NCBI GenBank assembly: GCA_964536725.1
Contig: CAZHYJ010000005.1
Coordinates: forward strand, 3,084 to 67,083
Origin: an uncultured Gammaproteobacteria bacterium
Lineage (GTDB): Bacteria; Patescibacteriota; Patescibacteriia; Magasanikbacterales; GWA2-37-8
Reading direction: 5' to 3'
DNA: 64,000 nt
Program-made: the position numbers and the translations under genes
In this document: positions 50,516-60,581 of the stretch, in pieces
Position numbering within the stretch: position 1 is the stretch's first letter
Layout of the letters: each line of letters begins with the position of its first letter
Notes under the pieces: generated by a model
Databases searched by the model: none
What the model was told of the DNA's origin: nothing
Seen by the model: the letters and a program-made list of their open reading frames with translations, nothing else

Positions 50516-51751
50516 ATGTCCCCCAACCTAAAACGCATCCTCCTAATCGCCGGCCTCACAATTGTCACTGCGCTGATTGCCTACGGCCTCTATTTTATGT
50601 TTCAAAAGACCGCCCCTGGAAGCAAAATCCCTGGACAAACCACAACTACTACCGGCGGAAAATTACCCACTGCCGGAGAACGCCAGCCGGGTGCCACCAC
50701 CACCCCCGGCACCATTGGTCCAGATGGACAACTACTCCCCACCGCCGGATATATCCCCCAAACCACACCGAACTATTACAAACCAACTCCGGTAACACAA
50801 ATCACTTCTGACTATGCCACCTTTCCTTCTTTAAGTAAAAATAATGCATTGCGCTATTACAATTCATCCGACGGAAAGTTTTATCGCGTTCTACCAGACG
50901 GCTCAATCAAAGAACTGGCCGACCAGGTATTTTACAATGTACAAAAAATCACTTGGGCAAATACAAAAGATGAGGCCGTATTAGAATACCCCGATGGCGC
51001 GAAAATAATCTACAATTTTGAAACAAAAAAACAAGTCTCAATTCCGAGTCACTGGGAAGACTTTTCTTTTTCTCCCGAGAGCAATGAACTCGCCGCTAAA
51101 AGCATCGGCCTCTCTCCGGAAAATCGCTGGTTGATAACTTTTAATGACGATGGTACTGGCACCAAGCTCATTGAACCAATGGGAGAAAACGCGGACAAAG
51201 TACAAATTGCTTGGTCCCCTAGCCGTCAAGTTGTTGCCTTTTCACAAACCGGCGAACCTTTAGGACTAGACAGAAAAGAAGTATTGTTGGTCGGTTTAAA
51301 CGGTGAAAATTTTAAATCAACCATTGTGGAAGGAAATGATTTTCGTCCCCAATGGTCACCTACCGGCAGCCGTTTACTTTACAGCGTCTACAGCGCACGC
51401 AGTAGCTATCAACCAGAATTATGGATTGTTGATGCCTACGGCGAAAACATCGGTGACAACCGCCAATTATTAAAAATAAATACTTGGGCAGATAAATGTA
51501 CTTTTCAAAACAACACGACTTTGTATTGCGCTGTACCACGCAACCTACCAGAAGGATCAGGAATGTTGCCAGAATTAGCTGCCGGTGTTTATGATGACTT
51601 GTACAAAATTGATCTAAAAACTGGTTTAAAAACCGGCATACCACTAGGTGCAGACTACGAAATCAACAATATTTCTTTTGACACTGCGGGAGAAAAAGTA
51701 TTTTTTACTTCCAAAAGTCAAACTGGTATTTTTGAAGTAAAATTAAAATAG
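50516..51751 (+). CDS. Membrane-anchored TolB/WD40-like beta-propeller protein
   Basis: N-terminal TM, T-rich linker, repeated FSP/WSP blades. Confidence 0.7.
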   Translation: MSPNLKRILLIAGLTIVTALIAYGLYFMFQKTAPGSKIPGQTTTTTGGKLPTAGERQPGATTTPGTIGPDGQLLPTAGYIPQTTPNYYKPTPVTQITSDYATFPSLSKNNALRYYNSSDGKFYRVLPDGSIKELADQVFYNVQKITWANTKDEAVLEYPDGAKIIYNFETKKQVSIPSHWEDFSFSPESNELAAKSIGLSPENRWLITFNDDGTGTKLIEPMGENADKVQIAWSPSRQVVAFSQTGEPLGLDRKEVLLVGLNGENFKSTIVEGNDFRPQWSPTGSRLLYSVYSARSSYQPELWIVDAYGENIGDNRQLLKINTWADKCTFQNNTTLYCAVPRNLPEGSGMLPELAAGVYDDLYKIDLKTGLKTGIPLGADYEINNISFDTAGEKVFFTSKSQTGIFEVKLK

Positions 51752-51760
51752 AATAAATAT

Positions 51761-52414
51761 ATGAAACACATCCACAAATTCTATTTGATACTCGGTCTTT
51801 CAGTCTTGGTGCTCGCGAGTATTTTTTTCTGGCAGGCAAAGAAAGCGATTAACATCCGCGTCACTCAAAATGAAACACCCTTAATCAGTGAACAAATCTA
51901 TAATATTTCCCTTGCTGATGATGAAGCGGTGCGCGGAAATCCAGGGGCAGCCATAACCATCATAGAATATTTGGATTTAAACTGCACCGATTGTGTAGAT
52001 AAATACAACGAACTCAACAACTTGGTTGACAAAAATCCGGCCAAATTACGCCTGGTATTAAAATTAGCGGACACTAGCGGACTTTTTGCTCATAACTCAC
52101 AATATGTGAACACTGCTGCATATTGTGCCAACCAACAAAAACGCTATTGGTTATTTTTAGACTCTTTAATGACCAAAGAAAAACGTTGGAGTGAAGAGAC
52201 TATTTTGGCCGCTGCCAGTGAAGCAAAAATCAACCTGACTACTTGGAACAAATGTCGCGAAAACGAAACCACAATCGCCGCAGTAAATTTATCTTTACAA
52301 CTTGCCAAAGAACTGGGTGTAAACACTTCGCCTACCATATTTGTCAACAATCAAAAAATTGACCCTCAAACAGAGGTCAGTTTTACCGAAATAATTAACA
52401 AATTTATCCAGTAA
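51761..52414 (+). CDS. DsbA-like thioredoxin-fold protein
   Basis: GNPGAAITIIEYLDLNCTDC, GVNTSPTIFVN. Confidence 0.82.
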   Translation: MKHIHKFYLILGLSVLVLASIFFWQAKKAINIRVTQNETPLISEQIYNISLADDEAVRGNPGAAITIIEYLDLNCTDCVDKYNELNNLVDKNPAKLRLVLKLADTSGLFAHNSQYVNTAAYCANQQKRYWLFLDSLMTKEKRWSEETILAAASEAKINLTTWNKCRENETTIAAVNLSLQLAKELGVNTSPTIFVNNQKIDPQTEVSFTEIINKFIQ

Positions 52415-52417
52415 AAT

Positions 52418-54016
52418 ATGACAAAAAAAGTGGCGCAAAAAGTTTTGGTAGTTGCAATATTAATGATTGCTGCCATCTGGCCGCACGCCACTCTTTTGGC
52501 CGCTACAGATTTACCAATCGGATCACCTTGTAAAGATAATTCAGACTGTAGATCGAATGATTGTGAAACAAGTGAAAAAAAAGATGCAAGCAACAACAAC
52601 TTGCGGTTTTGTGACTGTAACGATGCCGGTGACTGCCAACAACAATACGGCGCCCCAGCCAGCGGGGTGTGGAAGTGCGTAGACGGAGCGTCGGTAACTG
52701 CGGATTTGGACTATTGCATAAATGAAGCTAATAATAGAATAGAGTCAACACTGCCTGAATATGAGACTAACACTTCGTTAATGGGCAGACTACACACCGC
52801 TCTTTTTGACACCAAAGCGTTGCAAGCCACCTTGATGCAAGAAGTAATGACTTTTAAGCCCGGACTAGAAATCCGCTTACCTGGATTAGAATTTAGCGAC
52901 TTAGCAAAAAAAGTAGACGAGGAAGGCTTCTTGCATATTCCCTGGATTGGAGAATTTTTAAAAGCAATATACAATTTTGGACTTGCTATAATTAGTATCG
53001 TGGCAGTGGTGATGATAATAATGCAAGGAGCAAAAATTATTGTTTCCGGCGGCGAATCAAAAGTGGAAGGTTACAAAAAAATCGGACAGATTGCGATCGG
53101 TTTGATGATCGCTTGGGGGTCTTATGCCATACTTTATACAATCAATCCGGCGTTGGTTCAGTTTAATAGTTTAAAAGTAAAATATATTGAAAAAAAACCA
53201 TTAACACTTGAATTTTTATCTAATGAGTCATATCAAAAAATCACAGGAAATGCTGTAATGTCAAAATCTGACTCTTTCCAAAAAGCCAAAGAAATGAGCG
53301 CGGCAGCTGGTTTTGATCCTTGTGTTATGCAAGCCATCCTATTAACTGAATCTGGTGGTAATCCGGCCGTAATTGGACACGATGAAAATGCTGGCGTCGC
53401 CAAACCGATACCAGCTCGAAGAGAATTTTTGCTATCAGGAAAAAAATATTCCGGAGCAACATTTGACCCCTCTCCTGGAACCAGTAATAATTTTGATGTT
53501 AATGAGAATAAAAGAAAAATATGGAATGATGATGGTGGAAAAAATTTAAATACCGCCGTTGGCCCACCAGATTATGGACTCGATTGGAGATTCACCCACG
53601 GATTCGGATTAGGACAGATCACAATAACCGGAAAAGAATATTGTTCACCTGGTGTTAGAGGTGCAAAAAGATGTGGTAAGTGCTATACCATTCCTGAGCT
53701 ATTATCTCCACAATCTTCAATTGAAATCTCTATTTGTCTAATGAAAAAAAATATAGAAAAGGCAAAAAGTAAGGGTTGGAAAAGTGAAGACGATATTATA
53801 CGCGCCGCCTTTTGGGGATTTGCTGCTGGACCTGGCAATATACCCAGCCCATCTTCTGGTAGCGAAATACTCTACGGAAAAAAAGCAGACGGCACAAGAA
53901 AACCTGGTGATACAAAATGGGAACCATACAAACAATGTAAAAGTAATCCGACTGTACCAAAAGAATTAACACCCGACCCAGAGGATCCCAAGGAGATTGA
54001 ACCGGAACAATCGTAG
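52418..54016 (+). CDS. Cys-rich N-domain + VirB2-like pilin + C-terminal SLT/lysozyme-like domain
   Basis: IPWIGEF...SGGE...GLMIAWGSY..INP; C-terminal AILLTESGGNP and GFGLGQI resemble SLT motifs I and II. Confidence 0.72.
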   Translation: MTKKVAQKVLVVAILMIAAIWPHATLLAATDLPIGSPCKDNSDCRSNDCETSEKKDASNNNLRFCDCNDAGDCQQQYGAPASGVWKCVDGASVTADLDYCINEANNRIESTLPEYETNTSLMGRLHTALFDTKALQATLMQEVMTFKPGLEIRLPGLEFSDLAKKVDEEGFLHIPWIGEFLKAIYNFGLAIISIVAVVMIIMQGAKIIVSGGESKVEGYKKIGQIAIGLMIAWGSYAILYTINPALVQFNSLKVKYIEKKPLTLEFLSNESYQKITGNAVMSKSDSFQKAKEMSAAAGFDPCVMQAILLTESGGNPAVIGHDENAGVAKPIPARREFLLSGKKYSGATFDPSPGTSNNFDVNENKRKIWNDDGGKNLNTAVGPPDYGLDWRFTHGFGLGQITITGKEYCSPGVRGAKRCGKCYTIPELLSPQSSIEISICLMKKNIEKAKSKGWKSEDDIIRAAFWGFAAGPGNIPSPSSGSEILYGKKADGTRKPGDTKWEPYKQCKSNPTVPKELTPDPEDPKEIEPEQS

Positions 54017-54042
54017 TTATAAAAATACTAGCTAAACAAAAT

Positions 54043-55686
54043 ATGCCAGTCAGAAAAAAAATATTCCTATCAATAATTTTTGCCTTGCTGTTTTTTGTGT
54101 TACAGACATCTACGACATCGGCTGTTGACAAACTTCCTATTGGATCGCCTTGCAGTGGGCCTGTCAGTGGCAATTCAGAATGCCGTTCAAACGACTGTGA
54201 GGGCAGCCAAAAGAAAGATGCTTCCGGCAAAACCTTAAGTTTTTGTGACTGCGTTACTGCTAATGATTGTAACATTGAATATGGCACCCCGACTACCGGA
54301 AAATGGGAGTGCAGTGATGGTGCTGCGTATACTTATAATTCTGATTATTGTTATAACGCCACCACCAGAGAAGTTAAAACAGCTTCAGGTATAAACAAAA
54401 ATGCCACCCCCATAAGCAAATTAACAGATGCAATTTTTGACTCCCCTGCCACCCAGGCCGCATTGTTAGAAAAAGTAAAAACCTTTACACCTAATTTGGA
54501 AATTACAATTCCTGGAGTTGAATTCAGCAACCTAGCAGACACCACCGACGAAGAAGGGTATTTAAACATCCCTTGGATTGGAGAATATATTGTCGGTGTC
54601 TATACTTACGCCTTGGGTATCGCTGCCATTATCGCAGCTATTATGATTATTATCGCCGGTGTACGCTGGACTACTTCTGGTGGGAACAGCGAAGCAATTG
54701 GCAGTTCAAAAAAACGTATTGGCGGTGCATTAGTTGGCCTACTAATCGCCTACCTTTCTTACGCAGTATTAAATATTATCAATCCCGGATTAACAACGTT
54801 CAAAAGTTTAAAAGTAAAATATATTGAACGAGAAGAAATTCTTTTTGGTGACAATACTATGGATGAAACAGACGACAACACTGGTATTAAAAATACTGAC
54901 AACGCTAGTGATGCTGGATTTTCAGAAAAATTTTCAGAATGTCCAATCAAAATGAGTTCAGGGCCAATTACGAAAATTGGTAAAAATAATAAACCGATAC
55001 CAGATCCAACAGGAAATCAATCTCGAAAACAAGAATTTGTTCAAAAAATATTGGACAACAAAATTCTTACCGGTGACTTCAGCAATCGTGCAATGATGGC
55101 AGCAGAAGCAGCTTCCAAATGTAAAATTTATTTTGGAACCTGCGGACAAGGAACTACTGCTATTTACGCTTTAGCTGGAGTAAACGGTAGTTTCGGCCTT
55201 AATAACAAATGTCTTAAACAAACATGTAATATGGGAGGCGATCCAATAATAAAGAAGCAAACGGTCCGTTCAGTTTACTCTACTAAGATTGGTGGTGTAA
55301 GTGTAGGAAAACTTCTACAAGGCATGATGTGCGAGGGAGTTCCTGTGTGCAAAGGCGCTGGCTGGGATGTAAACTGGAAAGAACAGTGCTTTACAGACCC
55401 AAAAGCGGCATCAAATAAATTAAAGGAGCTACTAAAAACCACCGGAAAATGGGACGAGGAGCAGTGGTTTAATGATTTGAAACCAGGTGATTATTATAAT
55501 ATTGCAAACTGGAACTCTACTTGTTCGCCAACACATTCTGCTATGTTTTTGGGGTGGAAAGACAAAGCAAACCATGTCGCATTTGAAGCAAGCGGAGATG
55601 CAGGAAATTTTTTTCGTATTTCTACGCGTGATTTTGATAAAAAAGGTGTTGTAATTATTATGATTGAAAGGCCTCAAGATAAATAA
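54043..55686 (+). CDS. Cys-rich N-domain + VirB2-like pilin + C-terminal CHAP/NlpC-like domain
   Basis: Paralogous N-terminal half; C-terminal CGQGT..IY..AG, LKPGD, HSAMFLGW, EASG. Confidence 0.65.
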   Translation: MPVRKKIFLSIIFALLFFVLQTSTTSAVDKLPIGSPCSGPVSGNSECRSNDCEGSQKKDASGKTLSFCDCVTANDCNIEYGTPTTGKWECSDGAAYTYNSDYCYNATTREVKTASGINKNATPISKLTDAIFDSPATQAALLEKVKTFTPNLEITIPGVEFSNLADTTDEEGYLNIPWIGEYIVGVYTYALGIAAIIAAIMIIIAGVRWTTSGGNSEAIGSSKKRIGGALVGLLIAYLSYAVLNIINPGLTTFKSLKVKYIEREEILFGDNTMDETDDNTGIKNTDNASDAGFSEKFSECPIKMSSGPITKIGKNNKPIPDPTGNQSRKQEFVQKILDNKILTGDFSNRAMMAAEAASKCKIYFGTCGQGTTAIYALAGVNGSFGLNNKCLKQTCNMGGDPIIKKQTVRSVYSTKIGGVSVGKLLQGMMCEGVPVCKGAGWDVNWKEQCFTDPKAASNKLKELLKTTGKWDEEQWFNDLKPGDYYNIANWNSTCSPTHSAMFLGWKDKANHVAFEASGDAGNFFRISTRDFDKKGVVIIMIERPQDK

Positions 55687-55690
55687 AAAT

Positions 55691-57028
55691 ATGAAACAAA
55701 CTATTCTGTTCCATTGTTCCCACTGCAATGCCCAATTCCAAAAATGGATTGGACGTTGTTTGGAATGCGGACAATGGGGAACGATTGAAAAGTCACAATT
55801 GATTGGTGAAAATACTAGTAAAAAAGAGGTTGCCGAATATGCTCCGGTTAAAACAGTTGGATTAAAAGAAATCGAAGGTAAAAACACTCTACGGATAAAA
55901 ACCAAAACCGAAGAGTTGGATCGCGTATTGGGCGGGGGTATCGTCCCTGGCAGCTTAATTCTCCTAGGAGGCGAACCTGGAATTGGTAAATCTACTTTGG
56001 CCTTACAACTCGCCACTCTCCTCTCCCCCACTTTGTATTTCTCCGGAGAAGAATCCGTTGAACAAATTAAATTACGCGCTGACCGTTTAAAAATTTCTGG
56101 CGCTGGTTTAGAAATCGGCAACTCATCAGTGGTGGAAAATATCATTGCTACTATCAAGACAAAAAAACCAAAACTAGCCATTATCGACTCCATCCAAACC
56201 GCTCGCTCCAATGAAGCCGACGGTGAAAGTGGTAGTATCACCCAAGTTCGTGCCGCCACTGTTAAGTTTATGGAAACAGCTAAGACTACTGGTACCACGA
56301 TTGTTTTGATCGGCCAGGTCACCAAAGAAGGTGGTGTTGCTGGACCAAAGACATTGGAGCATCTGGTGGATGTGGTGATGTATTTAGAAGGTGATAAATA
56401 TCATCAATATCGTATCCTCCGTGCTGCCAAGAATCGCTTTGGCTCTACTGATGAAATTGGTGTATTCTCAATGACCGAAAATGGATTAGAAGAAGTGAAA
56501 AATCCTTCTGCCGCCTTTTTGTCCGGTCGTGGAGATCCGGTGCCCGGTACTGCAATCACCTGTCTAATGGAAGGCACCCGACCGATTCTTGTTGAAGTTC
56601 AGGCCCTCGTTACCAAAACCAATTTTGGCTACCCACAACGCCGTGCCTCTGGATTCGATTTAAACCGCTTACAAGTTTTAATCGGTGTTTTATCCAAACG
56701 CGCCAAATTACCACTTGAATCATTTGATGTGTTTTTAAATGTGGTCGGTGGAGTTAACGTGGAAGAGCCGGCTGCAGATCTGGCGGTAATCCTCGCTCTC
56801 GCCTCCGCTTTAAAAGAAAAAACTTTACCGGCTGATTTAGCAGCATTCGGTGAAGTGGGATTAGGAGGAGAGGTACGACCAGTGGCACAACAAAAAAGAC
56901 GTTTGGAAGAAATTAAAAAAATGGGATTAAAATTTGCAGTGACACCAGTAATGAATGAAAAGATTGGTGATATAAAAATAGCACCGATAAAGAATGTGCA
57001 AGAAGTGGTGGAAAAAATAGTGAAATAA
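55691..57028 (+). CDS. radA: DNA repair protein RadA/Sms
   Basis: CSHC..KWIGRCLECGQW, GGEPGIGKST, KNRFG, EGTRP, GEVGLGGE. Confidence 0.95.
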   Translation: MKQTILFHCSHCNAQFQKWIGRCLECGQWGTIEKSQLIGENTSKKEVAEYAPVKTVGLKEIEGKNTLRIKTKTEELDRVLGGGIVPGSLILLGGEPGIGKSTLALQLATLLSPTLYFSGEESVEQIKLRADRLKISGAGLEIGNSSVVENIIATIKTKKPKLAIIDSIQTARSNEADGESGSITQVRAATVKFMETAKTTGTTIVLIGQVTKEGGVAGPKTLEHLVDVVMYLEGDKYHQYRILRAAKNRFGSTDEIGVFSMTENGLEEVKNPSAAFLSGRGDPVPGTAITCLMEGTRPILVEVQALVTKTNFGYPQRRASGFDLNRLQVLIGVLSKRAKLPLESFDVFLNVVGGVNVEEPAADLAVILALASALKEKTLPADLAAFGEVGLGGEVRPVAQQKRRLEEIKKMGLKFAVTPVMNEKIGDIKIAPIKNVQEVVEKIVK

Positions 57029-57040
57029 AAAACAAGCATA

Positions 57041-57075
57041 AAAAAATCTCCCGACCAGAATATGGTCGGGAGTTT
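57041..57075. terminator. Bidirectional terminator
   Basis: ctcccgacca-gaata-tggtcgggag with A-tract and T-tract. Confidence 0.8.
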
Positions 57076-57192
57076 GTATTAGATAGGACCGACGACGGAC
57101 ACATCCAGTTTGTTGCGCTACGTAAACGCATCAAACTTTTTGTATTCGTCGTCGGGTATGGGCGGAAAAATGCGGGATACACGGGGAAAGGA

Positions 57193-57414
57193 TCAGAACG
57201 AGAGCCGACCCACTACCGGAACGTACTTGAACGTCCGGACGGTAGCTGCCGTCGGAACGACGAGACGTACCCGACGCGGACGACAGCGCGTGACCGGAGC
57301 TGCCCAGCCACAGCGCAGCATCTTCTCCTCGTCCTTGCTGCGGATCTTCCGCATCAAGGACTTCCTGGCACGCCGCTCCAGACACTCCTGCTTCACCTTG
57401 TTGCAAAACCCCAT
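57193..57414 (-). CDS. GC-rich orphan small basic protein (73 aa)
   Basis: Purine-rich SD-like AGGGGGAAG before ATG; promoter TTGACT-17-TATACT at 57538-57510; 42/60 GC at 57241-57300. Confidence 0.5.
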   Translation of the reverse strand: MGFCNKVKQECLERRARKSLMRKIRSKDEEKMLRCGWAAPVTRCRPRRVRLVVPTAATVRTFKYVPVVGRLSF

Positions 57415-57576
57415 TCTTCCCCCCTAGGAAGAAACCAACCCGACCGAAATTGGCAGGAATGAAGGACCTAATGTCCTCACAATTCCCAAGCGGGTTGAAA
57501 ACGAAGCTCAGTATATCAAAAAACCGAACAAAAGTCAATGTTTGCTCGGTTTTAATGCAAAATATATCCATTAACC

Positions 57577-59649
57577 TTATTCCCAGTGCACCCCATCAAT
57601 TTTCTTGAAATTCTTTAAAACTTGCGCATATTTTTTCGGTTCTTCTACCACTTTGGTCGCCCAAACTCGCGCATCTTTTATTATTTCCCTGTCCCCCAAA
57701 TTTGCCAATTTCAAATCCATCTGCCCACTCTGCTCAACACCATACACCTCCCCCGGACCGCGCTTCGACAGATCATATTCCGCTAATTTAAATCCGTCCA
57801 GGTTCTTTTCAAAAAAATTCAGTCGCTCCAACACACCACTACTATCATTTCCAGAAAAAACCAAACAATACGACTGATGAACACTGCGCCCCACTCGCCC
57901 ACGGAACTGATGCAGTTGCGCCAGACCAAAGCGCTCTGCCCCCTCAATCATCATCACACTCGCATTTGGGATATCTACCCCCACCTCAATCACCGCCGTC
58001 GAAACCAAAATATCAATTGCGCCATTTTTAAATTTACTCATCACCTCTTCTTTTTCCCGACCCAACATTTTCCCATGCAAATACCCAACACGTAAATCAG
58101 AAAAAATTTGTTTAGATAATTTTTCGTATTCTGTCAAAACACTTTTCTTTTCACTTCCCAAATTTTTATCTTCAATCAACGGACACACCACGAATGCTTG
58201 ACGACCGCTTTTTACTTGGGCACGAATAAAATCATATGCCTTAATACGATTCGCCGCTGAAACAACACGGGTGATAATCGGCTTACGCCCCACGGGCAGC
58301 TCATTGATAACCGACAGATCTAAATCGCCATAGACCGTCAGTGCTAGCGAACGCGGGATTGGCGTGGCAGTCATGCTTAAAAAATGCGGCCTCCTGCTAT
58401 CTGCCATTTTTTCTTTCAATGCTTTCCTTTGTTCCACCCCAAAACGATGCTGTTCGTCCACCACCACCATACCTAAATTTCTAAAATTAATTTTTTCACT
58501 CAGAAGAGCGTGTGTACCGATTACCAAAAGCAACTCACCCGCATTAGTTTTTTCTACTAAAAGATTTTTTTGTTTGGCAAAACTTCCACCTAATTCTTCT
58601 CCACTAACCCGCGCCTGACTACGTGTTAACAGGCCAATTTTTATTGGCAATTCAGAAAACAACTGATTTAATGAGTTAAAATGCTGAGTGGCCAGTATCT
58701 CGGTTGGGGCCATAAATACGGTCTGCAGACCATTTAACGCCGTATTGTACCCTGCCAGAGCTGCTACTACAGTTTTTCCTGAACCAACATCACCCGACAA
58801 CAAACGGTTCATTGGATGACCTTTTCCCAAATCACCCAAAATCTCCCAAGCCGATATTTTCTGTGATTTAGTCAAAGTAAACGACAGGCTGTCCACAAAT
58901 TCCTTAATCTCTTTTTCTTGAAATTTTATCGCTACTGCTTTTTCTTTTTCGCGTCGCGAACGTTCGATTGCCGAATGTATCTGCAGAGAAAACAGTTCGT
59001 CAAATTTAAGGCGGCGCAAACATTCGGTTAAGTCTTTTTCGTCAGTGGGAAAATGCAGCCCCTTAATCGCCGCACCAATCGGTACCAAATCTTCACCTTC
59101 TAAAATATCACTCGGCAACCACTCCGGGATTTTACTTACTAGCGGTAAAACCTGACTAATCAAAAAGCGCAATTGCTTTTCCGACAAACCTGCAGTCAGA
59201 GGATACACCGGCACTAGACGCGCCGTGTGGGTCGTTTCTTTTTTGCCAATCTTTTCATACACCGGACTGACAAATTGCACCCCCAACATATCACCAGTCA
59301 CCTTGCCGGACAAAGAAATATCATCACCAATTTTTAAAACTTTTGTTAGATACGGCTGATTAAACCAAATCACTCGTACCGCACCCGTACTATCCTCAAC
59401 CAAAGCTTCTGTAATATTTTTTCGCGTTTTAAAACTTCTTCGGCTAGCGATTAAATTTATCCGACCATTCACAGTCACCACATCGTCCGGTTTCAGATCT
59501 TTAATCGCTACAACTTTGCGAAAGTCGTCGTAGCGAAAAGGGAAATAATACAAAAGATCCCGGGCAGTTTTAATACCAAGATTTTCTAGTTTTTTAACAA
59601 GCACTTTGCCAATACGATTGAGTTGCGAGACAGAATCTGACAATTCCAT
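57577..59649 (-). CDS. recG: ATP-dependent DNA helicase RecG
   Basis: GDVGSGKT, DEQHRFG, MTATPIPR, QLHQFRGRVGR, RGPGE; TATAAT only 8 nt upstream of ATG. Confidence 0.96.
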   Translation of the reverse strand: MELSDSVSQLNRIGKVLVKKLENLGIKTARDLLYYFPFRYDDFRKVVAIKDLKPDDVVTVNGRINLIASRRSFKTRKNITEALVEDSTGAVRVIWFNQPYLTKVLKIGDDISLSGKVTGDMLGVQFVSPVYEKIGKKETTHTARLVPVYPLTAGLSEKQLRFLISQVLPLVSKIPEWLPSDILEGEDLVPIGAAIKGLHFPTDEKDLTECLRRLKFDELFSLQIHSAIERSRREKEKAVAIKFQEKEIKEFVDSLSFTLTKSQKISAWEILGDLGKGHPMNRLLSGDVGSGKTVVAALAGYNTALNGLQTVFMAPTEILATQHFNSLNQLFSELPIKIGLLTRSQARVSGEELGGSFAKQKNLLVEKTNAGELLLVIGTHALLSEKINFRNLGMVVVDEQHRFGVEQRKALKEKMADSRRPHFLSMTATPIPRSLALTVYGDLDLSVINELPVGRKPIITRVVSAANRIKAYDFIRAQVKSGRQAFVVCPLIEDKNLGSEKKSVLTEYEKLSKQIFSDLRVGYLHGKMLGREKEEVMSKFKNGAIDILVSTAVIEVGVDIPNASVMMIEGAERFGLAQLHQFRGRVGRSVHQSYCLVFSGNDSSGVLERLNFFEKNLDGFKLAEYDLSKRGPGEVYGVEQSGQMDLKLANLGDREIIKDARVWATKVVEEPKKYAQVLKNFKKIDGVHWE

Positions 59650-59676
59650 ACCAACTCATTATATCAGATAGACAGC

Positions 59677-59701
59677 AAAAAACCACCAACTTGGTGGTTT
59701 T
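59677..59701. terminator. Intrinsic terminator
   Basis: aaaaaaccacc-aactt-ggtggtttt. Confidence 0.7.
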
Positions 59702-59906
59702 CAAAAACATACTATCCACATCAACTAAGAAAAAAATTCTTAACTAATACAGATCAGGGACGGCCATTAGCGCCGTCCCTAGTTATGCTCTTTTATCAAC
59801 TTTGCACACCCGAAAGTGCCGCAAGGTTAGAACAGGCCGAGCAGGCCTTGAGGTTAGTCACCTCTTTTTTCCACACCACCTCTTTGGTGTGGAGAGGTTG
59901 AAGAAT

Positions 59907-60581
59907 TCACTCACAGCACCACCGCCGCGAGTATTCTTCGTGATCGAAGATCGACCAGTATTTCAAGTCGTGAAGATTAGGCTTCACCGACTTGAACCAC
60001 TTGGCCACCTCCTGCCAGATCCGGAAACGGGAGCGGTACTCGGGAGCGGCCCAGACGAAATGGGACTCCGCTTCCACGAGAACCAACCAGATGGCCTCCT
60101 GCTTCCCCACGAGATCGTCGAACGCATCCATCGACGATCCGAGGTCGGCACAGACATCCGCCTCCGGACCGAGGACCAGTCGACATCCCTCGAGCACCAT
60201 ATCCAAGTTCACTCTGAACTGGACGGCTCGATTGATGTCTTCTGACTGGTCGTCACAGTCCGAATCCGTTTCCAGACCGACACCACCCTCATCGATCACG
60301 ACCACCGCCTTCAACAGCCGAACGAGATGCTCGTCCAGCTTACCAGCGAAACCGTCGTGATCTTCAAGGAATGTTCCCGCCCATTCGACCAGGTGGTCCC
60401 TGAGCTTCTCGGCCCACTCCTGGGCCTCGCTCTTCATCCCCAAGAACACCATCGTGCCCAGCACACTGAGCACGGACGTCACCGCCGACAGTTCTCCACC
60501 CACCGCCTCTTCCAGGATCTCCCTGGAAAGAGAAACGAGCTGGTCGTCCGCGGTCCACGTGGTCCCCTGAGCCTTTTCCAT
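59907..60581 (-). CDS. GC-rich acidic orphan protein (224 aa)
   Basis: AGGAG SD before ATG at 60581; promoter TTGACA-17-TAGAAT at 60774-60746; 38/60 GC at 60121-60180. Confidence 0.7.
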   Translation of the reverse strand: MEKAQGTTWTADDQLVSLSREILEEAVGGELSAVTSVLSVLGTMVFLGMKSEAQEWAEKLRDHLVEWAGTFLEDHDGFAGKLDEHLVRLLKAVVVIDEGGVGLETDSDCDDQSEDINRAVQFRVNLDMVLEGCRLVLGPEADVCADLGSSMDAFDDLVGKQEAIWLVLVEAESHFVWAAPEYRSRFRIWQEVAKWFKSVKPNLHDLKYWSIFDHEEYSRRWCCE

